DNA of 64,000 nt from an uncultured archaeon (GTDB taxonomy: Archaea; Thermoproteota; Nitrososphaeria_A; Caldarchaeales; Wolframiiraptoraceae), in assembly GCA_938083505.1 (NCBI GenBank), contig CALKCF010000002.1:143065-207064 (forward strand), read 5' to 3'. The notes under the pieces are model-generated. The model was not told the origin of the DNA. It worked only from the letters and a program-made list of their open reading frames with translations, and did no database searches. The position numbers and the translations under genes are program-made. Of the stretch, positions 9,978 through 21,462 are shown one piece after another. The stretch's first letter is position 1. The number at the start of each line of letters is the position of its first letter.

Positions 9978-10244
9978 CCTTCAGAACGTTATGTACGATA
10001 GCTATTATAAAGGCCGTGTAAGGTGTGAGTTACGCTCCTCAACACGATGCCGGAACTCCTGATGCATCTTTTTTACTTTTGGTTACGTTCCAATGGACTC
10101 GCCACAGAGCGGTTCATGTTCGTTGTTAAAAATGCTTTGATGCTGTTGGCGTACCTATACTTAAAATCTCCGTTTTCTAAGGTTTCATCATGAAAAGTTT
10201 CTGGGCATCACTTTATATGCTTTACCTCTTTGATTATCCTTCGA

Positions 10245-10670
10245 GACATACCACCGGAGTACGTTTCGACCCTTTTGTCCTTGAACGGTGTCAAGCTCTA
10301 CAAGCTCAAGTAGCTCAATGGCTCGCCTTTTAGCAACATCTTTAGATATACCATAAAGGTCTGCGCATAACATTATGTTCTCATGGCCGGTCAGGTCTTC
10401 GTCTGCTGTGCACTCTTGCGGCATGACACCTATGACTCTTCTGACTATACTCACCTGCCTGATGATATCGTAGCCGAGTATTGAAGCTCTACTCTCCGTT
10501 GGCTTCAAAACAGTTATCAACATATTCATGGTAGTCGTTTTACCTGACCGTTAGTCCAAGAAAGTCGAAGATTTCTCCTTCTTCCACGCTAAAGCTCATG
10601 TAGTCTACGGCCACGAAACCTTTGTTAAAGACCTTTGTCAACCCTTCGACCTCTATAACCTTTTGACTAT
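10245..10670 (-). pseudogene. 5' half of a DrrA-like ABC ATPase, frameshifted and truncated
   Basis: KVIEVEGLTKVFNKGFVAVD...GEIF, broken Walker A (GKTTT), ends at the signature TYSGGM. Confidence 0.8.
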
Positions 10671-10671
10671 T

Positions 10672-10915
10672 CTTACACCCTCCCCCTTAACTTCTTATCT
10701 ATTTCATCTAACTTCTGGGCAGCACCATTCAAAACGTCTAGCGCCTCTTTCATAGCTGACTCTGAGAATTTCTCCTCCAAACTCATGCGAAGGTTGAATA
10801 TAGCCCTGAAGAACCTCTAGTGGTAAGTGTGTAATACTTTATTCCGCTTTCCTGTGCAGGTACCTCTTCGATGTACCTGTTGTCCTGCAGCCATGCAAGC
10901 AGAGGATAGAGCGAT
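10672..10915 (-). pseudogene. PadR-family regulator remnant
   Basis: SLYPLLAWLQDNRYIEEV...YTLT PadR motif, internal deletion, no start codon. Confidence 0.6.
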
Positions 10916-10919
10916 CAGG

Positions 10920-11978
10920 GTTACACAGTAACCGAAGCTATCGCTCACAAAACCTACGTTGAACAAGGTTTATCTGGAATATACTGGAAGATCTATGCGG
11001 GATGTTGAAGAATCTAGGGAAGCATTCATATCGCATAGGATAGCTTTGAGGAGGGCTAGGTCAAGATGAGCGAGTACCATCCTAGTGTGCTTCGTAGGTT
11101 ATTGGCACTAACCATCCGTGAGCTGAAGAAGTGGATAAAGGAGCCCATAATACTTTTTGTGTCCATACTGCAACCGGTAATATGGATGGTGCTTCTCGGA
11201 AAGGCAAGGCCATGAACCTCAACGCGATTTTTTCGATGGATAGCTTGAGCAACATAAACATACCTGACATAAAAATACCTGAGTACGGCATAGTCATTCC
11301 GGATTCGCTGATCAGGCAAAAGATGTTGGAGACGTTTGATAATGTAGGCACTAATATAATGCAAAACGTTTTCGGAGTTACAGATTACTTCAGCTACATG
11401 TCCGTGGGCATGATATCCATGATAGTCATGTTTACAATAATGTTCAGCGGTATGTCGATAGTTTAGGATAGACGCCTAGGTTTTTGGATAAAGTCTTAAG
11501 CACACCTGTTCCGAGGTCGGCAATAATCTTTTCAAAAGTCCTTAATGCTGCTCTGAGGTTAATATTCCAAGCAACAATAATATTAGCGCTGGCAATAATC
11601 TTTGGTCTGAAAATTAGCGCGACGTTCAGTTCGCTGAACCTTATGGGAATCTACGCGTCTATATTCCTTCTATCTGTGGAGGCTTTCTTCGTTGTTTTTG
11701 GCATTAGCGTTGAGATCGACGCGTCATGAGATGCGATGGCAGTCGTGAACCTGATAAGCATGCCACTAATGTTCGCGAGCAACGTATTTTTTTCTATATC
11801 CATGATGCCTAAGTGGTTGCAGAGCATAGCAAACGTGAACCCCGTTAGCTACCTGACAGATGCGATAGAACAACTAACGGTATTGCCGCTCAACACATCA
11901 GCACTAGTTATGGATTTCGTGTATTTAGGTATGTTCGCGGCAGCATTATCTGCGAAACGCTTTCGTGGAAATACTTAA
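10920..11978 (+). pseudogene. 3' end of the ABC ATPase plus a disrupted ABC-2 permease
   Basis: SLTKPTLNKVYLEYTGRSMR (DrrA C-terminus), then ..LTIRELKKWIKEP..QPVIW..V*DRR.G..MPKWLQSIANVNPVSY with frameshifts and a TAG. Confidence 0.8.
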
Positions 11979-11989
11979 CGAAGTAACGA

Positions 11990-12667
11990 CTACACCTTAC
12001 TCACGTAATCTAGGCTGAGTATTTCGTAAACGCCTCCACTGCCGAACCACTTCTTGATCGCTTCCTTCACCCTAAGCTTTTTCTTAAATAGCGGACAGTC
12101 TAGGACAAAGGTTTCGCCCTCACCACCTTCGAAGCATATGTTTATTCCAAATCTTTCGCTTAATCGACATAGCTCCTCTATAGCAGCCAGGTCTAACTTC
12201 CTACCTAGCCAACTTTTATCAAGACCCTCGGCTGAGACAGACGTCACTATAATCTCAAAACCTAAAGCACATTGTTCTCGAAGTAGCCTTTCTGGTTCCA
12301 TTCCCCAGAGCGGCATGATGCACTTAAGACCAAGTTCGTTGCAAATCTTCTCGATTCTACTTTTTTGGTAACGGCTTGCGATAACACCCGAAACCAGACC
12401 ATCTATACCACTCAATCCCTCAAGCGCATTCTTCAGGTCCTCTACCTCTTCCTCCTTGATTCCCATACTAGGCACCATTACTTGTTTTATACCAACAACA
12501 TCTGCCTGGTGTCGTGTCATCTCGACGTTTATCCTGTGAAACATCCAAGAATCCGGATTGTGCGTTATGACAGTCACCAAATATTCTACGGAGTTACCTT
12601 CGAGTAGTGTCTTATATATAGCATATGTGCTGTCCTTTCCTCCGCTAAAAAGGGCTGCAACCCTCAA
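11990..12667 (-). CDS. dph6: diphthine-ammonia ligase / PP-loop ATP pyrophosphatase
   Basis: SGGKDS PP-loop, SWMFH, EGGEGETFVLD. Confidence 0.88.
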   Translation of the reverse strand: MRVAALFSGGKDSTYAIYKTLLEGNSVEYLVTVITHNPDSWMFHRINVEMTRHQADVVGIKQVMVPSMGIKEEEVEDLKNALEGLSGIDGLVSGVIASRYQKSRIEKICNELGLKCIMPLWGMEPERLLREQCALGFEIIVTSVSAEGLDKSWLGRKLDLAAIEELCRLSERFGINICFEGGEGETFVLDCPLFKKKLRVKEAIKKWFGSGGVYEILSLDYVSKV

Positions 12668-12804
12668 AGCCTATTTTTCTCCATTCGACTAAGCAGATTT
12701 CAGGAATATTAACCTATACTTACCGGCGATATTCTCCAAAATTATGTCATTTTCAGTTACCTCTATAATTTAATTCTAGGCACTTCTTTCCATATGATGA
12801 GGAA

Positions 12805-13980
12805 TTGATGAGGATATTCAAGGATGAGGGGAAGCTGTCGCTGGAATACGTTCCGCCTGTCCTTCCGCATAGGGAAGGAGAATTACGCCTTCTAAAAGCC
12901 TTCTTCAGCGGTCTCCTAAAATCCAAACAATGTATCTCAGTTAAGACCATAATATCTGGCTCCGCAGGTACGGGTAAAACCGCCATAGCGAAGCTTTTTG
13001 GCAGACAGATGGAGGCCGAAGCTAAGAGCAAACAAATGAACCTCAGATACATTCACGTAAACTGTCGTGTGAACAGAACACTCTTCATGATACTTAAGAG
13101 AGTTGTGGAGCATCTAAAGATACCACTACCTTCAAGGGGATATTCAACTGAGGAGCTGATGCATGGTTTCCTAGACTATCTTGCAGAGAGCGATCTCTAC
13201 ATTATTCTAGCACTTGACGATTTAGAGGTTCTGATAAAGGAGGAAGGATTAGACCCGTTCTACTTTTTAATGAAGGTTGGTGAAGATAGGGACGATAGGA
13301 TGTCCAGACTTTCTTTCCTATTCATAGTAAGGAATCCAGAGATATTGAACATATTGGAGAGTGGTGTAAGGGTCGGAATGCTTAATAATATGGTGCACCT
13401 TTCAGAGTATAACGCTATTCAACTTTACGATATACTGAGCTATAGGGCCTCTGAAGCCTTCTTCGATAACGTCATCTTAGAAGAATCAATAAGGTTAATA
13501 GCAGATCTGGCCAGTGAAAGGGGCGATGCTAGGTATGCCATCGAGACCCTTTGGAGGAGTGGGAAGTACGCCGAGGCCGAGGGGAGCAATGTCGTAACAC
13601 CCGAACATGTAAGAAAAGCCGCGGCCAGCATATACCCTGCTATAAAGAAGGAAAACTTGACGTACCTTTCATTACATGAAAAGTTAATACTCTTAGCCAT
13701 AACTAGGGCCCTAGCCTCGAACGATAAGGCATACACCACCTCTTCCGAGCTGAACGAACTCTACAGGCTTGTGTGTGAAGAATATAAGGTCCAGCCTAAG
13801 GCATACACACGCTTCTGGGAATACCTCCAAAAGCTCGAGGATCAAGGCATAATAAGGATAAAGGTGTCCAGCGAAGGGGTAAGGGGGCGCAGGTCGTACA
13901 TAACATTGCCTGAGATACCAGTTTCAATACTTCAACATGAGCTAACAAGGTTGCTAGAGAGCGGGAGCAGAGAGCTTTGA
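12805..13980 (+). CDS. cdc6: Orc1/Cdc6 replication initiator-family protein
   Basis: YVPP.LPHRE, Walker A GSAGTGKT, HVNC, GDAR.AI, C-terminal wHTH with GVRGR. Confidence 0.93.
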   Translation: MMRIFKDEGKLSLEYVPPVLPHREGELRLLKAFFSGLLKSKQCISVKTIISGSAGTGKTAIAKLFGRQMEAEAKSKQMNLRYIHVNCRVNRTLFMILKRVVEHLKIPLPSRGYSTEELMHGFLDYLAESDLYIILALDDLEVLIKEEGLDPFYFLMKVGEDRDDRMSRLSFLFIVRNPEILNILESGVRVGMLNNMVHLSEYNAIQLYDILSYRASEAFFDNVILEESIRLIADLASERGDARYAIETLWRSGKYAEAEGSNVVTPEHVRKAAASIYPAIKKENLTYLSLHEKLILLAITRALASNDKAYTTSSELNELYRLVCEEYKVQPKAYTRFWEYLQKLEDQGIIRIKVSSEGVRGRRSYITLPEIPVSILQHELTRLLESGSREL

Positions 13981-14249
13981 GTAGTTGCGTGAAAAGATTG
14001 ACGATCATCTCAAAAGGAAGGAGGAAGGTGTTGGAGGTTCTGGCGAAGTTTGGTGAGGTGAATATATCGAAGATAATAAGGCACACATCGCTTAACCATA
14101 AAGTTGTGAATGCCTACCTGAAAGAGATGGAATCGTTAGGTTTAGTGAAGGAAAGGAAGTTCGGTAGGGTTAGGATGTTCAGGCTTTCTGATCCCAGGAT
14201 AATCACGCAGATTTTCCAGAACGCTTTCGAGCCGAAGACGTTCTCTTAG
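13977..14249 (+). CDS. small winged-helix protein coupled to cdc6
   Basis: ArsR-like wHTH (SKGRRKVL...NISKII..L...GLVKERKFGRVRMF); overlaps the cdc6 stop. Confidence 0.75.
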   Translation: MSSCVKRLTIISKGRRKVLEVLAKFGEVNISKIIRHTSLNHKVVNAYLKEMESLGLVKERKFGRVRMFRLSDPRIITQIFQNAFEPKTFS

Positions 14250-15534
14250 GCTTTGTTGCTTTAACCTCTACCTCTTCAATCTCCTCTGGCTTACCTGATA
14301 AGTAAGATAACTCGGATCCTGATAGTTCGAAAAATCTTGCAAGAGCTTTTGCAACATTACCATCTTTCTTGGATATGAAGCTCAGGAAAGGAAGCATCTC
14401 GATGTTTGCCTTATATGAAGACATGCGACATTTTGAGGCTATCTTGCTAGCTATACCGTTCCTTAGTTCCCTTTCATGTTTCGTGGCCTGAAGCATCTTA
14501 ATTCTTTGTGGGAATGAGAATTTGACAAAACCTTTCGATGTTTTCTTCTTGGAGATTGCAATACCACCGGTCATTATGGGCACTGCATATCTAAGCAGAT
14601 TCCATCTTTGCATTTTCTTTATTTTTGTGAAGTATAGGTCGGCCCTTGCAAGGAAGTCCATAGCACGCTCAAGATCCTCGGGGTCTGTCAGCTGTTGCGG
14701 AACATTGTCTAAGACCCAGTCGAAAAAGGTATCAATATCCACATCTATGTTTTCTGTTGATGCCCATGCTTCTTTGATAGTTTTTGCATGAAATACTTGA
14801 ACCAATGCCGAGAATATCTCCTTGACCCTATCTCTATAACCTAACGCTACCAACGTAGAGCCGTTTATTTTTGGCCCTACCATCGCTAATGCTTGAAGGT
14901 CGTTTATCGCGGACCTTACATCGCCGTTTGACCTTTCTGCTATTGCCTTCAGCACACCGTCGCTACATTCCAATTTCTCTAGTATACATATCTTTCTCAA
15001 ATGGGAGATTATGAGTTGCTTATGTACATGTTTGAATTCTATCATTTCACACATTTCCCTTATTGTGGCTAACCTCTGGTCCCACGGGTCGTTTGCAACG
15101 AGTACAATAGGCACCTTAGTTTTCTCTATCGCCTCTTTTATGGCTGGTATCCCTCCAGTATCCTCATGACCTGCTATACCATCTACTTCGTCAACCAAAA
15201 TTATTCTCTTCCTCATACCGTCGAGTGTTGCAAACTCGCATGCAGAGCCTACGATCATCCTAACCTTCTCAGCAGTTCTCCAGTCGCTAGCATTTACCTC
15301 AACTAGGTCGTATCCTTTTTCCGTGGCGTATGCTATAACCAACGATGTCTTACCTACACCAGCGGGCCCATATAGGAACGCTGCCTTCTTTGATGGTTTT
15401 CCCTTTTCCCAAGACGTCATCCAATTAAGGAATGCTTCTATTGCTTCTTTGTTACCGATCACTTCTGAGACTCTTTTCGGCCTGTACTTCTCTACCCAAA
15501 TAGTAGGGCGTTCCTTATCCGCTGTTATTGCCAT
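14203..15534 (-). CDS. rfcL: replication factor C large subunit
   Basis: WVEKYRP, GPAGVGKT, EVNASD, DEVDG, GDVRSAINDLQ. Confidence 0.95.
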   Translation of the reverse strand: MAITADKERPTIWVEKYRPKRVSEVIGNKEAIEAFLNWMTSWEKGKPSKKAAFLYGPAGVGKTSLVIAYATEKGYDLVEVNASDWRTAEKVRMIVGSACEFATLDGMRKRIILVDEVDGIAGHEDTGGIPAIKEAIEKTKVPIVLVANDPWDQRLATIREMCEMIEFKHVHKQLIISHLRKICILEKLECSDGVLKAIAERSNGDVRSAINDLQALAMVGPKINGSTLVALGYRDRVKEIFSALVQVFHAKTIKEAWASTENIDVDIDTFFDWVLDNVPQQLTDPEDLERAMDFLARADLYFTKIKKMQRWNLLRYAVPIMTGGIAISKKKTSKGFVKFSFPQRIKMLQATKHERELRNGIASKIASKCRMSSYKANIEMLPFLSFISKKDGNVAKALARFFELSGSELSYLSGKPEEIEEVEVKATKPKRTSSARKRSGKSA

Positions 15535-15653
15535 CACTAACAAATTTTATTCCAAGCTAATATAAGTTTCACTGAGCCTAATAACTCGCAGACCTATACA
15601 AGTTGTTTGTAAATGAATTTTCAGACATTGGTCAAGTGGTTAAATCCCATCAC

Positions 15654-16658
15654 TTATTTTTTGGTAATTGTGGCTAATTTGGCAAGGAAACTCATAATCT
15701 GTACTTCTTCTGATGCACCTTCTGCTATTCTGTAGTCAATCTCGCCCAAGACATCGAGTAGCTCGACCTTTGATTCCTCCGGAATGTTTAGCGCAAAAAT
15801 CTCCCTGTAAATTGCCGAGATGAGGTCCCTACCGGCTATTCCTTGCAAATATAGAATAGCCCTGAGCGCGTCCCTTGCTTCTATAAACTTACCAGACATC
15901 GCGTATTCTAGTATCCTCCTGACGTCGCCTCTACTCACATACCCTATGACAGTATAAACAGCCTTCTCATCCACAGTCTTTCCGAGTGTAGAAGCTGCCT
16001 GTAGGATATTTATGCATTTTCTCATATCTCCTTGTGCGAAGTCGTATATTGCATCGATGGCCTCATCATCTATCTCCAAACCTTCTGCCTTTGCTATCTT
16101 CTTTAAATGGGATGCTACATCGGCCTTGGTTAGGGGTTTAAACCTAAAGATTGCGCACCTTGACTGTATTGGCTCGATTATCCTGTTGCTGTAGTTGGCT
16201 ACGAGTATGAACCTACATGTCAAGGAGAATTGCTCCATCACACGTCTGAAGGCATGCTGAGCATCGTCAGTGAGCTGGTCACTTTCATCCAAGAGAAGTA
16301 TTCTGAAGCCAACATTACTGAACGGAATAGACCTCGCGTACATCTTAACCTTTTCACGGATGGTTGCTATACCGCGCTCGTCGGACGCATTGATTTCCAC
16401 GAATAGTCCGTCTTTTATATAACCATCGCCATACAGATCTCTTGCAAATGCATGCGCTGTCGCGGTCTTTCCCGTACCAGGTGGTCCAGTGAATAGCATA
16501 TGCGGGACTGCCTTTGTCTTGAGAATGTTTTTTAGACTAGAAACTACTTCATGCTGGTTCACTATCTCATCGAGTGCCGCGGGTCTATACTTCTCAATCC
16601 AGGGCAGCATACTTACCGCAGACAACTCACGGTCAGCTTGAGTAACATCCTTAGGCAT
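15654..16658 (-). CDS. rfcS: replication factor C small subunit
   Basis: PWIEKYRP, GPPGTGKT, NASDERG, IQSRC, GDMRK. Confidence 0.96.
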   Translation of the reverse strand: MPKDVTQADRELSAVSMLPWIEKYRPAALDEIVNQHEVVSSLKNILKTKAVPHMLFTGPPGTGKTATAHAFARDLYGDGYIKDGLFVEINASDERGIATIREKVKMYARSIPFSNVGFRILLLDESDQLTDDAQHAFRRVMEQFSLTCRFILVANYSNRIIEPIQSRCAIFRFKPLTKADVASHLKKIAKAEGLEIDDEAIDAIYDFAQGDMRKCINILQAASTLGKTVDEKAVYTVIGYVSRGDVRRILEYAMSGKFIEARDALRAILYLQGIAGRDLISAIYREIFALNIPEESKVELLDVLGEIDYRIAEGASEEVQIMSFLAKLATITKK

Positions 16659-16750
16659 AATAAAGATTACTTCGGAACTCTGTAGAAATTTACTTCTATA
16701 CTGTTCGAGCTCACATTTTTATATCCCATTTATATTGATAACTTTAAGAT

Positions 16751-17053
16751 ATGGTGATGGGAAAGAACTTATCTTGCATTTGTGGTGCACCTATCGATAT
16801 CTCGTCACTTATCATAGAAAAAATTGGAGAAGAAAATTACAAAATAATATGTCCATCATCAAGATGTCCTTTACGTGAGTTAGGATTCGTAAAAGTAATT
16901 CACCACTCGAATCCAAAGTTTGAGGTCAAGTTTTCAAGAATGTTCAAGGACTGGAATGTATTGCTCGTCGGTAGAGAAAGTTGCGACAAGCTCCTACGTG
17001 AACTGCTGAAGCAAATCTCTTTGAGGCTCAAAAAGTTTTTATTTAACGTTTAA
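16751..17053 (+). CDS. hypothetical Zn-binding protein
   Basis: CICG and CPSSRC cysteine pairs; upstream TTTATA/TTTAAG boxes. Confidence 0.6.
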   Translation: MVMGKNLSCICGAPIDISSLIIEKIGEENYKIICPSSRCPLRELGFVKVIHHSNPKFEVKFSRMFKDWNVLLVGRESCDKLLRELLKQISLRLKKFLFNV

Positions 17054-17610
17054 ATAACGGCGTTAATCTATTTTGAAACTGTACAGCTTATATTCAAGAA
17101 CACTTATGGGTTCTGTAATCAAAATAGTCTAATGGACGACATTAAGTGTGTTCTCACAAATTACGGTGTCTCCATAAAAAACGTGGAGAAGATGCGGAGA
17201 ACACGTCTGGAAGATAATCGCGGAGAAAGAGAATGTAGGTATCCTCGTCAATATCTCCTGCAAAAGTGTGCCGATAAAGGAGCTGCCCGCATTCCACTCA
17301 AGTGATCTTTCTAGGAACATCTCAATCTGCGAGGTTGAATTGTACAGCAGTGGTAACGATAGTTTTAATGAGTCAATTTAAGAGAAGGTTCGAATTAGGA
17401 CTGTTTAGAGCTGGGGGAGTTTAATTAATAATTCTGCGGTTCATAACACTGGGACCTAAACGGTGCTTAATCTCATGTTTGAGAGTCTTTGTTTGATCCT
17501 TCTACGCAGATAACCTACTTGGGCGTCTTCATTAATTTCGACCATAAATGAGTTTGGATGCATTCGAAGTTTTGCGCCCATAGAAGTACAACATAGAGGT
17601 AGAAGACTCG

Positions 17611-17656
17611 ATGGGCTTTTCAGCCCTTTCCACTTCCTAGGGGGCGTTCTCCAGGC
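17611..17656 (-). other. 3' strand of the 16S pre-rRNA processing stem (BHB)
   Basis: Pairs with 19205-19256; GGGCU..CAGCCC-CCAU-AAA / GUGG-AAA-GGGCUG forms a canonical BHB. Confidence 0.85.
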
Positions 17657-17677
17657 AGGGGAAGCATGTTAAACGAT

Positions 17678-19201
<1,524 letters not shown>

Positions 19202-19204
19202 CAG

Positions 19205-19256
19205 GCCTGGAGAAGTACGCCGCATCCCTAGGAATTTATGGGGGCTGAAAGCCCAT
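19205..19256 (-). other. 5' strand of the 16S pre-rRNA processing stem
   Basis: Complementary to 17611-17656. Confidence 0.85.
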
Positions 19257-19409
19257 GATTAGACCTTAAGCCATCCAATGCTTAGGGTCCTCATTTTGTT
19301 CCACGGCCAGGAGGCCGCCCTTACATCTAATGGGCTCCCACACCCTACGTGTTTGAGGGCGGTACCGCCGTCGAGCCGTGGAGTTCTGCACATTATTGTA
19401 ATCGCTGCC

Positions 19410-19419
19410 TGTTTATATA
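19410..19419 (-). promoter_or_regulatory. probable TATA box of the 16S transcript
   Basis: TATATAAA on the minus strand about 210 nt upstream of the mature 5' end, ahead of a GC-rich leader. Confidence 0.5.
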
Positions 19420-19549
19420 GTTTACATAGATTATGTTTAAAAGGCTTTTTTAGGGTTAAAGGGCTCCTTATACTCCTCAGGTTCTTAAGATACTAAAAAG
19501 TCAGACAACCCATGTATTTTTATCTCTTCGACGGCTATTTTTTAGTGAA

Positions 19550-19644
19550 GGCCGCGGCTGGGATTCGAACCCAGGCAGCCGGCTCCACAGGCCGGAAGGC
19601 TAAACCGCTACCTCTGCGTCCACATTATAGTGGCCACCGCGGCC
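19550..19644 (-). tRNA. tRNA-His(GUG) with encoded G-1 and a 21-nt intron at 9/10
   Basis: G-GCCGCGG...CCGGC-CUGUGGA-GCCGG...UUCGAAU...CCGCGGC-C; the D-stem AGGU/GCCU is correctly spaced after removing 19614-19634. Confidence 0.9.
19614..19634 (-). other. BHB-like tRNA intron (position 9/10)
   Basis: CC-GCGG-UG^G-CCAC...GUGG-ACGC-AG^A-GG; central helix has one G.A mismatch. Confidence 0.8.
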
Positions 19645-19645
19645 A

Positions 19646-19654
19646 ACCGCGGCC
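19646..19654 (-). repeat. duplicate of the tRNA-His G-1/acceptor 5' strand in the leader
   Basis: accgcggcc at 19646-19654 is identical to 19636-19644. Confidence 0.85.
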
Positions 19655-19722
19655 GCTTATTCATTAGAACGAGCTTATCCTTAAGTGTTTCAGTCAGACT
19701 TAAAAAATTAAAGCATTGTAAT

Positions 19723-20022
19723 TTATTTCCCCTCTTTGCCTCTGTGCAGCGCGCCCTTAGGGTCTTTAATGAATAATATTATTTCCCAGACCGTTAACGC
19801 AGATAGTAGGAGGATGAAGCCGAGGACTGTAGCTTCAACAGACATCTCTATGAACTCACTACCTTCCATGAGGTAACCCATGAGTCGGTCGATGAAGGCC
19901 ATTATGGTCGCGCCCCAAAATATCAGGCTCAGCAGCTTAAACATGTAGACGTCGTTTTCAGCTTTGGAGTACCATATCGCGCTCGATAGTACCGCGGCCA
20001 TCGCTAATATTATGAGCCACAC
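19723..20022 (-). CDS. small membrane protein
   Basis: Three hydrophobic segments, L.FWGA.IM..ID motif; start moved to GTG 20022. Confidence 0.7.
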   Translation of the reverse strand: MWLIILAMAAVLSSAIWYSKAENDVYMFKLLSLIFWGATIMAFIDRLMGYLMEGSEFIEMSVEATVLGFILLLSALTVWEIILFIKDPKGALHRGKEGK

Positions 20023-20093
20023 GGTTCTTAATGAAAATGTTACCTTTATATAGGTGTTACTCTTCTTAAAATTAGTATTACGGAGGGTATAAA

Positions 20094-20459
20094 ATGGCGT
20101 GCTTCTTAGTTCCAATGGTGCTGGCGATTATAATATCGCTCGTCCAAAAGATTGTGCGAAATCTTGCTGAAAAAATTAAACTCTGGATTCTCAACGCACT
20201 GCTTTGGGGTGGAGTAATACTGCTAGCGATTGAACACGTCTGGCATGGTGAAGTCGTTCCTTGGCCACCGTTCTTGACAGCCATGACAAACCCACTTAAC
20301 ATATCGACAATGTTACATGAAATGCTCACAGTAGGCATAATGATGTCCGTCGTAACGTTAGCGACATGGGGAGTGATGCTCGTGGTGTCTGATTATATGC
20401 AGAAGATAGCAGTGCTGAGGGGTTTTGCGCATGCAAAAAAACCAACTACCACACGTTAA
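20094..20459 (+). CDS. conserved small membrane protein (MACFLVP family)
   Basis: MACFLVP...LLWGG..LLAIEHVWHGEVVPWPPFLTAM..NP...MLHE; SD GGAGG. Confidence 0.8.
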   Translation: MACFLVPMVLAIIISLVQKIVRNLAEKIKLWILNALLWGGVILLAIEHVWHGEVVPWPPFLTAMTNPLNISTMLHEMLTVGIMMSVVTLATWGVMLVVSDYMQKIAVLRGFAHAKKPTTTR

Positions 20460-20583
20460 ACCTCCCCTTTTATTTGGTGCAAATAGAATACCTTTTAACT
20501 TCACGAAGATTTTTGAGAAATCCAGCTTCCTTATTTCCTTTAAGGAACTTTTGTGAGTATCTTATTCTACCAATGAGCTGAAA

Positions 20584-20661
20584 TGGCGGGCCCGGTGGGA
20601 TTCGAACCCACGACCTACGGCTTAGGAGGCCGCCGCCCTATCCATTCTAGGCCACGGGCCC
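20584..20661 (-). tRNA. tRNA-Arg(CCU), CCA encoded
   Basis: GGGCCCG acceptor, loop CUCCUAA, GUGGG-UUCGAAU-CCCAC, GCCA end. Confidence 0.96.
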
Positions 20662-20714
20662 AAAAATTTTAAAATGACGATACATATTTAAACGTAAACC
20701 AAAGGTTAAGAGCG

Positions 20715-21458
20715 ATGTTCATCGATGTGCACTGCCACCTGACAGATGAAGCCATAAGGGCAAACCTAACGAAATTAATAGAGGACGCTAAGAATTCCGG
20801 GATAGGTATAATTGTAACGTCAGGGCTTGGTTATGAAGATTGTTTAAAGGCTTTAGAGATATCCGATTACAAGATGATCTTCCCATCATTAGGGATAATG
20901 TCATATGAGCTTGAGGGTTATGAAAGTGTGTTAAATTTGATAGAGAAGAATGCTAAGAAGATCGTTGCCATAGGAGAGGTCGGACTTGATTTTCATATAA
21001 GCGTCAAGTCAGATAAAGAATTGCAAAAAAGAGTTTTCAAAGAATTCATAACACTGTCCTCGGACTTAGACCTTCCATTGATAGTACACTCCAGAAGTGC
21101 TGGAAGGCATGCGTTAAAGATTTTAATAGAGTGTAACGCGAAGAACGTAATAATGCATGCATTCGATGGTTCGTCGTCCCATTCGCTAATTGGTATCGAA
21201 AAAGGTTATTTCTTTAGCATACCACCTTCTGTCGTTAGGAGCGTCCAGAAACAAAAGCTCGTAAGCAAGCTACCTTTGGACAACATCTTGCTAGAATCCG
21301 ACGCTCCCGCTCTGTCTCCAGTTCCTGGTAGCACAAATGTTCCATCTAATGTGAGAATATCAGCAGAAGTTGTGAGTAAAATAAAGGGAATTTCGTTGAA
21401 GAAGGTAGAAGAGATCACAACAGAAAATGCTATGAGGATACTTAGGATACGAGCTTAG
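20715..21458 (+). CDS. tatD: TatD-family nuclease
   Basis: DVHCH, AIGEVGLD, HSR, MHAF, LESDAP. Confidence 0.93.
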   Translation: MFIDVHCHLTDEAIRANLTKLIEDAKNSGIGIIVTSGLGYEDCLKALEISDYKMIFPSLGIMSYELEGYESVLNLIEKNAKKIVAIGEVGLDFHISVKSDKELQKRVFKEFITLSSDLDLPLIVHSRSAGRHALKILIECNAKNVIMHAFDGSSSHSLIGIEKGYFFSIPPSVVRSVQKQKLVSKLPLDNILLESDAPALSPVPGSTNVPSNVRISAEVVSKIKGISLKKVEEITTENAMRILRIRA

Positions 21459-21462
21459 AAAT

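Noticed and set aside
11464-11466. Second in-frame TAG as support for amber recoding
   Set aside because: Lies in a permease pseudogene that also has frameshifts; simple TGG>TAG decay
12668-12804. Replication origin next to cdc6
   Set aside because: Short spacer with no repeated ORB-like (TCCA..GAAA) elements that I could identify
17129-17460. Possible gene downstream of 16S
   Set aside because: Only broken reading frames with no recognisable family; at most a remnant
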